Positions 25,554 to 38,273 of a stretch of DNA of 64,000 nt are shown one piece after another. Origin of the DNA: Paramecium tetraurelia (lineage: Eukaryota). The stretch lies in NCBI GenBank assembly GCA_000165425.1, contig CT867985.1:372001-436000 (forward strand). Reading direction: 5' to 3'. Below the pieces are notes generated by a model. The model had not been told where the DNA came from. It searched no databases and saw only the letters and a program-made list of their open reading frames with translations. A program made the position numbers and the translations under genes. The first letter of the stretch is position 1; the number at the start of each line of letters is the position of its first letter.

Positions 25554-26618
25554 ATGAGACGACCGAATGAAGTTGAGTTTAGCAAAACAGCATTAATGGG
25601 TATTTGTTATATTAATTTCAGCTAATTGGTACGAAGATAGATTGGCTCCTTAATAATTGTAGAGAGATCCAAATGCATAGAAATCAGTATTTAATGAGAA
25701 TATAACTAGTTAAGAACTGTGGAAGAGGGAATATCCATACCAGGAGACAATGGATGTTTACTTCCATTACCTAGAGTGAATCGCAATCCTCCTTACATTA
25801 CAAAAGAAATAATAGTCCCAGATGATGGATATGTATGATGAAATGAATAATATATAGAGAGAATTCAGGACAGAATTCTAGACAAAATTTGATGCAAAGA
25901 ATATTTAGAATATGCAATTAGGTGATTGTAGAGCACTTGTAAAAACAAATGGAGAGAAAGTTAATTTTCCTGAATGCAATCCAACAGTTGCATAAACTGC
26001 TGGAGCAAGATCAATAAAACAATTAGATTAAACAAATATGCAATAAATTCTGGTTGACAGAGCAGTTCATTAGGGTTACACAGACTTTGGATCCACATTC
26101 AGAAATCATCCAGAGTAGCATAATAAATTTTATTCAATTACTACTTACTAATAATCATTTCAGCCTCCTGAAAACAATGTCAAAGAAATCCTCACTGATA
26201 AGAAGGTTAAACCTGTAGCAGCTGGATGCAGAGAAAGAGATCCCTTTGATTAGGGATTGAAAATGACTTCGGTGATCACAGGTGAAAAATATAGAGATTG
26301 TATGATTCATACATTTATCCAATAGCTGTTGATCCAAAAGAGAACACTGAAGTATAAAGACAATGGGTTCATTGTGGGGATTCTGGATTGAAGACTGCTT
26401 AGAATAATTTGAGATCTAGTAGTATTTAGAATTATAAGAAAACAGCCTATCAGGTTCATCCCTATGATATTGCTACCAGTTTGCCTTTGGGAGGTATGTC
26501 ATTAAAATATGTAGATGGTGTTTACACTCTGCATTCTAAATATACAGATCCTGGCCAATTCAGACACATAAGAAGCGACGTCACTAGAATTATGAACAAA
26601 CCCATCACAAGAAAATGA
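25554..26618 (+). CDS. CFAP95: Ciliary microtubule inner protein, CFAP95/C9orf135-like
   Basis: FSKTALMANWYEDR (NWE-type motif); TDFGSTFRNHPEQHNKFYSITTYQQSF resembles the CFAP95 GFGAVFPRHP...TTY segment. Confidence 0.65.
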
Positions 26619-26716
26619 TATTCTATTAAGGAATTATCCATTCATTTAAACATTGCGAGACTTCTTTAATAGGAGTCATTCTTTCAATATTAATCTTTAT
26701 CTTATTAATATAGATT

Positions 26717-27646
26717 TCATTTTGCTAAATGTAATAATGCACCAAATGCACCAAAGACTACAGTTGAGCCCAATGCTTATTATTTGGCTCTCTACCAATC
26801 CCATGGCATATGGTTTTTATGATATAAAATACCAGAATTGCTCTTCAAATATGGGTAATCCAAGTGATGATCAGCATCCAAATCATAAGTTCTAAATAGG
26901 TCTCAATAATATTGTGATACCTCATATTTCTCTCATCCAAAGGAGTGTTGAAATTGGCTTTCTCCAAAACAACCTTGCCGATCTTGTCTGCATTCTTGAA
27001 TCCTGTAAATTATGCCATTAATTGGAGATCTGCATAATACCACTATGAATTCCTGCGATTAGCCACATTTCCAAATGAATTGTCTTGTAACTCTGGCAAT
27101 TGGGATAAGAAACAATCAAATGATTACACTGAAGCATCTTCCAATTTGTGTCTGTCTGTTACTTCCTTATATTCATAAGGCACAAATCCTAAAGATACAA
27201 GAAGCTATTATTAAACTTTTTATGATACCCCTTCTTATACTGATTAATCTTCATTCTCCTTTGTGACAAATGGAACCACGCATTCATATCCTGGCTTCTA
27301 AAATTCGGTTCTAGGCACCATCATTTATAAGTAATGGAGAGGTCTTCCCTTTACTCTTACTCTTCTGTATAACCACTCATTTAAATTCGAACTATTCCAT
27401 GGTGGACTAACGAGCTCTTCGTCTCTGAGCTCATATATAGGTTTCTTGAGTTATTCCTTTCTGAAATTAATTTCCTATTCTCTCCATTATTTTTGAACTT
27501 GAGCATAAAATGCATATAGCAATGATCCACCACTCAGACCAGCACAAATACTTAACATCTAGCTTATATATAATTTACTATTTATAAGTTGGGCATTGAG
27601 CATTCAATCTACTGAATCCACCTAATTATTTAAGCACAAGTGCCAT
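26717..27646 (-). CDS. SURF1: SURF1/Shy1 cytochrome c oxidase assembly factor
   Basis: N-terminal TM, WLYRRVRVKG, PGYECVVPF, LLVSLGFVP, C-terminal TM. Confidence 0.8.
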
Positions 27647-27862
27647 ATTTATTATTTATATTAATAATAATAAACTTTAGATATGAAATCAAAAATAAAA
27701 TGTTTATTTATCACTTCTATAATTTATTATTATTTCTATCCTACAAAGCAACAAATAATCTCTAATTCTCACGATCCATTCATAAATCACATCATATTAA
27801 GTAGGAGTATTTTTGTAATAATCAAATTAATACCTTATTAATCATTTATTTATAGATTAACT

Positions 27863-28222
27863 ATGTAAAACTACAAAATGCCGATCAACAAAAAGGGTAA
27901 CAAAATGGTAAAGTCTGTGAATCTTAGTCTCTTCTCCATCCCAGACTCTACTAAATATGAAAAATAACAGAAATCCAAAGAAGAGTATTATTTGTAGATA
28001 TCTCCTCGTTTCGAAACTCATACTCTGACTTTTACTAATAAAATTTAAAAGCTAAAGTGTGTATAGCATGAGGACTTGGACACAGAAGAATCAGTTAAAT
28101 CAAATGAATCATCAAAAACTGACAGGTCCATGAAACTATCTTAAAAACACCATATAGAGTAACCCAAAAGTCAGTTCTATAATGAAATCAAAAGCTCAAG
28201 AAGGCTTAAGACTGAACAATGA
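27863..28222 (+). CDS. Hypothetical 119-aa protein
   Basis: Intronless 120-codon frame MQNYKMPINKKG...RRLKTEQ*. Confidence 0.6.
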
Positions 28223-29308
28223 TTAATATATATATGTTTACATTATCACAATTCCAATATAAATTTTTTGATTCTTAATCACAACAATAATACATTATAA
28301 TAAAACAATCAAAATTTTTCAAAAAAATAATTGAATTTAATCATTCCTCAAATTCAAATCATCTCAAAAAATTAATTATGTTTTGATATTTAATCCAAAC
28401 TACTATTATAATTGTCGCTCTTAATTCTAATAAAACTTTTTTACAATGAGCTCATCATTCTTCTATTAGTCGATGAATAAAAATATCTTAATTTTAGAGA
28501 ACTAAAAATGGCTATTATTCCTTTTATTTAATTAATCTAATGAAATGTATGGCTTTTTATGCCATTTTCTTAAATTAAGAAAACATTAAAATTATGGTAA
28601 AATGGATGTAGATTTTTGAAAAGAATTTTAGAAATTAATAGATAAAATTATATAATACCAATTAGGAAAATTAAATTTTTTTTATCACAACTGCTTTAAA
28701 CTGATAAGAATTTATACAACAAGAAATAAATCAGAAATAATTTATTAAATAGATTAATTATAAAAATATCTCTTTAAATTATTTGAATAGTGTAAGGGAG
28801 GAATCAATAATCTAAATTTCAATTAGATCTAAGTCTCAGCTACTATCTCACATAGAGCATGTATCCAATTTTTGAACTAATCATTTTGATTGAATACTTA
28901 ATTAGGCTTTAGATCAATTTGAGAATCTCTGCTATAAAGTATTAAATAAAGGATTTGTCATTATACTATTTTTATATCTATGAGATAATTACTATTCCAA
29001 AAACAATAGGATGTAATTGATAAGATTAAAGTAGTAGTCGTGATAGAGTGAGAATAAGAAGATAGTAAAGATGAATATAATGATTATGAATTATAATATA
29101 ATGGTTTTACAATGGAAAGTTATTTTTTAGTTATTAAAGCTATTTTGTTTATGACCAACCATACTAAATTAGAATAGATTTTTGTTAGAGGAAGTCATGA
29201 GTTAATGTTAGTTTACCCTTATAGATTGAAATTCATCTATGAAGATCGTAGCATTGAATTATGAATAGAAATATGGTTGGTAGTTTAACATGCTTAGAGA
29301 TGAATAAA

Positions 29309-29664
29309 TCATTAATCATTCAGAGCACTCTTTTAGATCTATTCGATCTAATGTTTTAATTTGTTTTCTTCTGCTCTATTTCTTTGGAAGGTTATTTAAA
29401 AGACATTTCCTACTTGGATATTTGGAGGTAGATAATGACTTGGTACATTGAATTCACTAAAATCATCACCTAATAATTTAATTTAATTGCTTATGCTTAT
29501 CACAGTACTATTGATGCCTAGAATAAATTGAAGTGGTTACAATATTTAGTTTCAATATTCTTACATTTAGTCTAAGGCTCGATTTCACTTTAGTCCAACA
29601 TATTTTCAATTTATGATAAACTTATATCACAATTTTCTTCAGTTTATAATTACAAATTTGACAT
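29309..29664 (-). CDS. 110-aa stand-alone Chs5-N-terminal / DUF3006-like protein
   Basis: ATG 29664, a 23-nt intron at 29518-29540, TGA 29309. Contains IKLLGDDFSEFNVPSHYLPPNIQVGNVFQITFQRNRAEENKLKHQIEQIQKSAL. Confidence 0.7.
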
Positions 29665-29803
29665 TAATATATGTTTTTTAGAAACAAAGATAATAATACT
29701 ATAAAACATAATACATCAATTAATTGCAGTTTTCAAATAGATGAGATCATTCTAACATTAAATAGATGGCAATATGTGATCACTTTTTAAATAAATTTAA
29801 TTT

Positions 29804-31294
29804 ATGCAATAGGATTAAGTGTAAACAAATAAAAGAATCTAATTCTAAGAAATAGTAGATAAGCATTTTGAAGACTCATTGCCATTGTTCATGGATATCC
29901 TCAGAGTACCCAGTCAATCTAGAGAGTTCGATCCTGAGTATTTGACCAATGGATTGCTATTACAAACAGCCAAACTATTCAAAGAGTTGGTGGAGAATTT
30001 AAAATTGAAAAGTACACTTTAGATATTAAATAGACGCAAAAATTGATTTGTTTACAGATGAAGGATTATCTCCTTTTTTGTTTGTGGAAGTAGAAGGCAC
30101 AGATGGAGGTGCAGATGGCACAGTCTTGTTTTATGGTCATATGGATAAGTAGCCTCCATTTACAGGATGGAGAGAAGGACTGTCAGCATATGATCCAAAA
30201 ATAATAAATGATAAACTCTATGCAAGAGGAGGAGCAGATGATTCATATTCGGTTTTGGGATCTGTCATTGCAATGAGAACAATTCAAGATCTAGGATTAA
30301 AGCATCCTAGAGCTGTGATGATATTTGAGGCTGACGAGGAGAGTGGATCAGATCACATAGAACATTACTTGAATAAATTAAAAGACAGAATCGGAAATGT
30401 TGATTTGATTGTATGTTTAGATTCAGGTTGTGGAAATTACGATTAATTCTGGTCAACTACAACACTAAGGGGATTGGTTGGAGCAAATGTTACAGTATAA
30501 GTACTAAACGAAGGAGTCCATTCTGGAGATGCCTCAGGAGTAGTACCATCCTCTTTCAGGATTTTCAGATAATTATTAAATAAAATTGATGATCCCAAAA
30601 CAGGAGAAGTAGTTGATGATTTTCAAGTGACTATTCCAGGAGAACGATACATCCAAGCTTAGAAAACAGCTGCTGTTTTTTCAGAAGGATTAATCAATAA
30701 GTTTCCTTTGAGTGCTAACACACAACCAGTCTCTCCTGATCCTTTCAAAGCATATATCAACAAAGTTTGGAAAGCTTAACTTGCTATTATTGGAGCTGAT
30801 GGACTTCCACCTGCATAAACTGCTGGTAATGTATTGAGACCTGAAACCACTTTGAAGGTATCGGTTAGGTTACCTCCAACTAAGGATCCAAAGGAGGCTG
30901 AAGAATCATTAGTGAGAATTGTAATCCATCATCATATTTATCTTAGTTAACAACCAATGTTCCTTATGGTGCTACAATCAAAATTGAAGGACTCAATTCA
31001 GGTGCTGGTTTTAATGCTTTGGATAATAAGCCTTATCTTGATCAACTCATCAACGATGCTTCTAATCTATTTTATGGAAAGGAGTCAGTTACCTTTGGTG
31101 AGGGAGGATCCATTCCCTTGATGAACACTTTGTAATAGCAATTCCCAAAAGCACAATTCATAATTACAGGAGTCTTAGGTCCTAATTCAAATGAACATGG
31201 TCCAAATGAATGCCTAGACTTGCCTTACACTAAGAAGTTGATTAGCTGTATTGCCTATATTGTTAGTGGAGCTCAAGAACACTTAAAAAAATGA
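29804..31294 (+). CDS. M20 family metallopeptidase (dipeptidase-like)
   Basis: YGHMDKQPP, LYARGGADD, FEADEESGS, CLDSG, GVHSGDASGVVPSSF, GGSIP, NEHGPNE. Confidence 0.93.
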
Positions 31295-31319
31295 GTTAAA
31301 TAAATAATTTATAAAAAAT

Positions 31320-31835
31320 ATGACAACTTGGAGAGCATTAATCTCACCATCTAATAATGTGTCTCTATAAGAATCGAATAAGGAGTCGATAGACAATAGG
31401 ATTCACACTCTACCTAAAGGAAGACACACAAAAACTATTACTTAGAGTACTAATATTTCCCATCAAAAACCGACTATTAAAAGATTACACTCAAAATCAA
31501 TAGACATAGATTAGGCATTCATCAAATCGTCTTCTGATAATTTATTAGATGTATATAACCTTGCTATTTAAAGGAAATTAACGACATAGATGAGGGATTT
31601 CAATATGATGAGATCAAAGAAATGTTGATAAGAAACTCGATTAATCTGAAAAAATTGCATAAAGATATTGACATTTTTGATTATAATTAAAGACAAATTA
31701 AAGCATTATAAAAATAAATTTTGTTTTAGAGAAGTAAGTATAATTTAAGAATCAATTCGTAAATAAACAATTGCAATAAAAAGTTACAGTAAATTTAAAG
31801 CAATTTATAATCAAATTATTGATAGAATTAAATGA
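31320..31835 (+). CDS. Hypothetical protein
   Basis: Frame MTTWRALISPS...IIDRIK*. Confidence 0.6.
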
Positions 31836-32269
31836 TTTTAGTAAATATGTATTTATTCTTATGTCAATAATATATATAAGTGTGTTTAATAATATATCGA
31901 CTATTCTATTTAATTTATTATTCTCTTAATATTTATGTTTTAAATTAATTTATTAATAAGGAGCATATATTTTATAAAAGTATTATGATTTTACTATGTA
32001 TTTTGATAATCCTAAGCAAATTAATAATTTTTTATTATTTTAAAATTATAGAAGAGATTAGAAATGATAAGTTGTGTTAATTTAGCTCAAATATTTTGAT
32101 TAAATGACCCTTCATTTAGATGTATTGTATATGAATGTGTTCCAAATCGTACTTCTCAAATTTTTTATGAAGATTCCATGATCTAAAAATAAATGATTCT
32201 ATTTCTGATTTTGTATTACGAACGAATTTATAGAAATATATATGCGAATTATATTTAATTTATATAATA

Positions 32270-33746
32270 ATGGAAACTTAAATCTCATTAAAGATAAAAA
32301 CATTAGATAATCAAATTACTACATTTGTTGTCGATCCGAATAATACTGTATAATAATTGAAAAATGTAATTTAAACTCAACTAAACATCCCTTTCGATAA
32401 GTAAAGACTGATTTACTAAGGGAGAGTTTTAGAGAACAACAAAACTTTATAAGAATATAAAGTATTTAGTAATTGAATTGACATAGTTATAAAATGATCA
32501 TGTCATTTTATTGCCAGGTTAGCCATTATAAGAAGATTAAATAGTTTAGAATTAAACTCAATAATAATAATAGTAGCAATCTACATAAGGTGTAAATGAA
32601 TTCCCTGAAATAGATATCTTGAGCAACATACTAAGAACATTAAGTAAAAGAGGTTGTTATTTTAGGGTAGCATTAATATAATAGATAGAATGTAAGAAGA
32701 ATGGTTCAATAATAGAGGAGCAATGGTACACTTAATCAATGATTATTAATTAGGTTTCCATCTAGACAAACAATTGTCATTGGAGGGTATAAGATAAAAT
32801 TACTAAACCCTTAAGTAGTTATTAGATTCCTAAGTAAAACCTGAGGAACTGAAGCAGGAAGATTTATAAGGTATAATTAAAATAAACTATGCTTAATAGG
32901 TGAATACGTGAATCCATTTGATCCAAAGAAGAGGAAGTTTTAGGTTGGGTAGTGGATTGATGTAAAGGATACAATCGATTAGTGGGTATTATAAGTTCTA
33001 TCTTTTTATTTTAGCTTGAAGCATAAGTGCAAATAGTGGAATAGAATAGAGTGTTTGTACATTATAATGGATGGGGTAATAGATGGGATGAATGGATTGA
33101 TACCCAATCTCCAAGAATCGCTACTTTTAGAACTTATACTGTGGGTAGTATTAACCAAGAGTTTTTATCACCAAACCCTGTGAGTGATCCTGATTGTGAA
33201 GTAGAAAAATAAGAAATTGATATGCATAAATTCATTTTTGATGTTGGACATATGATGAATTAGGTTACTCAATTATTAATAGAATTCGGAAGATTCGAAA
33301 ACAATAAAAGGATTGCTGAAAAATAGATACAATTACAATAACAATACTAATAGATGTTAATGAATAAAAATAAAGAGTAAAACACTCAAGAAAACTATAT
33401 GGAAATGATGAAGAAAGAAAAAGAACTAAGTGAATATGAAATTAAATCCAGTTTGATTGGATCACAATTAGCACCCATATTTGATAGAATGGGTCGAATG
33501 ATGACAGATATGGCTCCTCATTTAGCTTTGATGGGATCAAAAACTCAAAGGGTTAATAATAATAATTAATAATAACTGCTTTTTTAAGTTCCTGTAACCT
33601 TAACACCAAATGAGATGTACTAGTCATAATAAAATGCTCCAACTCTTCATAGTCGTCTAGAAATAATTAGCAATAGACTTGCTATACTAAGAATGACTGA
33701 GTATATTCAGTAAGAAGATAGTGATGATGATCATATTACTATCTGA
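32270..33746 (+). CDS. BAG6-type ubiquitin-like domain + MBT/Tudor-like domain protein
   Basis: LKIKTLDNQ...KQRLIYQGRVLENNKTLQEY; FQVGQWIDVKDTIDQWLEAQV...VHYNGWGNRWDEWI. Confidence 0.82.
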
Positions 33747-33783
33747 TTATATACACAATTAGTATAATTATTACATTAAAATT

Positions 33784-34777
33784 ATGAGTCTAATCAATAG
33801 AAGGAAATAACACAAAATTAGTAAAGTAAAACAGTCAGCAGATATTCGCCAATAAATACCCTACATAGGGGAATATAATGAAGCACCTGAATATACCTTA
33901 GATAATAAATACTTATTGACAGGGTATCGAATTAACTACAATACCGTGGGTCTCGCATTAAGTAAAAATATTTGAATTACAATAGAAAGTATGTTTCATA
34001 AACACAATGAGACTTGTAACATATGGTCACATCTATTGCCATTATTTTCGTTTTTGGGTTTATTAGTTTATTCTCAGGTTTTATAGATTGCCCCATTTAT
34101 ATCTTTTATGAAAGAATCAGAAAATCATTATTCTGACATCCAATTATGGCCCTTACAATACTGTTTATTATGTGCCATCATTTTATTTACTATTTCCACT
34201 ACCTACCACACACTATTTTGTGTTAATAAGACTATGAGTTGTGTTCTTTTAAGACTAGATTATGGAGGAATATGCTTAGTTGCAAGTGGAGGAGTCATAC
34301 CTGTAATTCAGTATGGATTCTATTGTAATCAGTAAATTAAAGATGTTTATACAATTATGATTATTCTGCTATGCATTGTAACATTCACATCGAGTCTATT
34401 TGATTATATGCATAAAGAACAATTCGTGGTTTATAAAACACTTATATATGGGTTGTTTTTTACTTTTATCTTCACTCCCGTCTTCCATTTGATGATGTTC
34501 AGCAGATATAATTTATTGGGAGGCCATTTTCACTTTAACGATACTGAAAGCTATTTTTTGCTTATGCTAATATTCTTAATATCAGGCATTACAACATATG
34601 CTACTCGATTTCCAGAAAGATGCTATCCCAAAAGATTTGATATCTTTGTATTCTTTCAATTAATCCTAGATCAACAGTCATACCATTTGGCATATCTTTG
34701 TGGTTCTATCATATTCAACTGCCTATCTTATGTCACTTCAGATGTATACAATTAGAGAGAACTACAAGTGCGCATGA
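33784..34777 (+). CDS. PAQR/adiponectin receptor (HlyIII) family protein
   Basis: DNKYLLTGYR, HNETCNIWSHL, STTYHTL, RLDYGGI, RFPERCYPKRFD, SHTIWH. Confidence 0.93.
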
Positions 34778-34832
34778 AGAATTATTTTTGTATCAATTTT
34801 AATGTATTTTTAACTTTTAATTTAAAAATAGA

Positions 34833-34859
34833 TATTATCATTATTATCATTATTATCAT
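34833..34859. repeat. Three perfect tandem copies of TATTATCAT
   Basis: Directly visible, downstream of the PAQR stop codon. Confidence 0.85.
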
Positions 34860-35110
34860 TACATATCTTTTCATTTTCATATCGCCGCTGCCAATAAATT
34901 AATTAATAGGACTTTTTAAAATATACAAATCAAATTAGAGAATCATAAGCTTTATTCATCAATTAAAATAATAATGAATACGAAGAATATTTATGAGGTT
35001 TAGAGTTTAAATGTAGTAATTAAAGTTAGAATTATTATGTTTAAAATAGGTAGCTCACGATAACATAGAAATTTAATTCAGAATATTTAATTATTATTTT
35101 ATCAATTTTA

Positions 35111-35425
35111 ATGGATTGGACGTCTTTTAAATCAAAGTTTGCTTATTAGATTTATTTTTCATATACACTTCCTGATACTCATGAATAAATGATTGAAACT
35201 TTATGTAAAGACTACTTTGAGACACCTTTGCATTATAAACAATCAAATATCAGATTTCAAGGAAAGTCATTAAAAAAATTATTAAAAAAAGATGTTAGTA
35301 TAATGAATGATCTCTAAAATGTCCATGATTTTGGTGATCAAATATTAAGGATGAATTAGTAATTATTCTATTTATTTGATTTTAGCCAAGAGGTAACAAA
35401 ATAAGTTCCATACTTTTTGAAATGA
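35111..35425 (+). CDS. Small hypothetical protein
   Basis: Open frame MDWTSFKSKFAY...VPYFLK*. Confidence 0.5.
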
Positions 35426-35498
35426 TCAATCCTTTTAATTGATCTTTATGTATATGATATTATAAATATGTAAATTGGACAATATTAATGAAATCAAT

Positions 35499-38110
35499 TC
35501 ATGAATCGTAATAATCATATTCATCTTCAAATTGTTTTTCATCTTCTAAACAATCATCAAATCCCCAAATACCAATTCCATTTGCTTTTGCCTCTACCTC
35601 AAAGTTTTTGAACTCTTTCAGAGGATTATACAAAACTCTATTATCTATTCTTCCTAGTCTAGTTAATTTAGATATAAATTATACCCTTATTCTAATGCAA
35701 TTTTGTTAATAGTGAATTATAATTCATCTGGTTTAGATTAGGGTTAAAGAGTTATAAATTATCTATTTGTTGATTTCTCTGTATAAGCAACTTTAGAATC
35801 AAATTATTTATCAAGTAGTAATTCCCTAAATTAATCAGATGCCTCTTCTGCATATTCATGTGATGATGGAGGAACTCTCAAGTAAGCTAAAGAACACAAT
35901 TTAGCCTATTAAGGTATGTTAGTAAATTAAGCTGGTAATACACCCATATCTTAGTAGTTGACCTCATCATTATTGCCGTAATCTATAAATTTGACAAGGA
36001 ATTTATCATTCTTAAATGCTTATAATACTTATGCTCTGTAAATTCTGTTGTCTTCGCTAAATGTTGCTAAACATAAGGTTCCTTTCTTCACTGGTTTCTT
36101 GAGAGGCTAAATACAAATAAGACAATATCATTACAATCAATGCTGCCTTTTCAATTTGAACTTCCAAATCCTCAAATTCAGGATTATTTTCTTTTCTAAT
36201 ATAAAACTCTTTGCAATCATTAACAGCAGTTACTACCACTTATTAGATTTGTTGATTTTCATTTTTCTATATGTTTCCCTAATTACTTATTTATTTTTTC
36301 AAAGTTTGTTTATTTTATGAAAAGTCGATTATAAATTAAGCATAGGATTCATTCCAAAACCCTTTCTTCTGTTTTTCTGCCTCTTTCTATGCCTCTTCAT
36401 ATTTGCTATAAAACTCAGTATTATTTTTGATAAATGTTAAACCTTCCCTAAGTAATTGTAAAGTGAAATCAGTGTCTCTATTGTTTTTCTTTTCATAAAT
36501 CTTTCCATAAAACATATTTTCCAAAATATTAAAACTTTCAAATTCAATCCAAGTATTTCTTTACATTAAAATATTATAACTAAACTATTGCCTTTACTCT
36601 TAATATTTGGTAACATTAGGAAAACTGGCAGCAAATTCTGATAGTTTTGCTATTCCTTATATAGTAAAGTTAACCATTGAATGATACTTTAAGAGAGTTA
36701 TGATAAATGACCCATTAGGCAATATTTTATCAACCAATGCTTCTATTTGAAAATCTTCCTTGCTTGCAATACCAGTAGTCACAGATGATTATTTTTAAGT
36801 TTATTTGTCCCTTTAAATACTAGACCAAATTATTTCATTTACACTCTTTCCTTGTTTCTAATCTGTTTAATCTTCAATTCTCCAATTCAGTTCTGGACTA
36901 TATTGTCCTATTTTCCTCTATTTAGCTAATAGATTCATTTATTAAAATTGCTGAAATTTAAACTTTGATAACTAAGGATGATTCTCCTTAGGTGTTGCCC
37001 ATCCATTGGCAATAAGTTCTTCTTCAATATCTAAATTATTATCACACAATTGTATAGTTTGCAATGGCATATTGTCTCCTACCTCCAGAATATGAACTTG
37101 CTTTCCTATTAATATTTTTCTAGCAAATTCCTTTGCTTCTAATCCTTCGATGAAAATTCTATCTAATTTAATTGTCAATATCCCTTTATCTGTTTTCACT
37201 AAGTATTAATTAGCTTCAATAATTTCAACAATTTATCCTGTCCTTTATGAACTAACTGAATTCAGCATTCTTCTATCCAATTCTCCGTTCTTCCAAAGTC
37301 CTAAATTGTTTTTTTTAGCCTCCTCTTAGTTTTAGAACAATAATTGAAAAGAATTTTGCGGTAAATTCAATTTGCTATAATTACTTAAATGTTTACCCCC
37401 AGTCAGTAATAAATGCAAATCCACTTGAAATTAATGAAGAATAGAATTCATTTCCTAATTCAGAATCTTTTTAGCTAGTAGGATACAAGTCAGCTTTTAA
37501 AATTGGGAAATGAATAAAATTCCTTTAATGATTTACTGTCAAAATTTAAGTTCCTTTGAAAGTTATACTAAATTCTCTATTAAGCCAATCCTTCTACATT
37601 AATTTAGAGTAACCTTAGTCTTAAATTGCAAATTCTTTTTAAATTACAATGATTACCATCAATATAAATTGCATTAGGTATTAAACTTATTAATGTATCT
37701 TTATTATAAAGGAAATTTAAAATATTTCCTTCGAAGGAAACCAAGATTGCATCAATAGATTTATTTCTATGCTATTTAATGAAATCTAAAACTGGTTGGG
37801 TTTATTTTGCTTCTTCATTTTAAACCCCAATCAGTTTTAAATGAATTTCTGTTTCATCTTTAATCTCTTAAATTAAGTCTGATCCATTTATTTGTATTTA
37901 GTTAGTTTTGGTCATGTATTATGCGTCTTTATTAACATATTGCAATTATTAAAAATAGATTTCAAGAGCTTTTTGATTAACATTTAATTTGCTCCTTGTT
38001 AAAAAATTTGGAATTCCATTCCCAACAATAATAGTCTTTTATTATTAAGATTAAATCAAAAACTAATTGGGGGAAATCAAGGATAGTATTTTGCATGGTT
38101 GGAAAGACAT
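35499..38110 (-). CDS. SND1: Tudor staphylococcal nuclease (Tudor-SN/SND1)
   Basis: Repeated SN-domain ends (EEAKKNNLGLWK, EAKANGIGIWG) and Tudor GTLCLATFSEDNRIYRA...VKFIDYGNNDEV. Start taken at ATG 38110, not the ORF-track 38219. Confidence 0.88.
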
Positions 38111-38273
38111 CTGAAATATTAATTAATAAAAATTCTTTAATTATATTTTTGTTCTGAAACATGAAATAAAATTTTATTCTTATAAAAATATTGATGAAGT
38201 TAGACTCATTAGATGTCATAAATAATTTACATTTTTAATTTCATAACTTCCTTCACCATTCTTTAGATTTTAA

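Noticed and set aside
28380..29500. Plus-strand reading with RGSHE resembling the PPP phosphatase RGNHE motif
   Set aside because: Many in-frame TGAs, no GDxHG or GDxVDRG motif, and the coding signal is on the minus strand.
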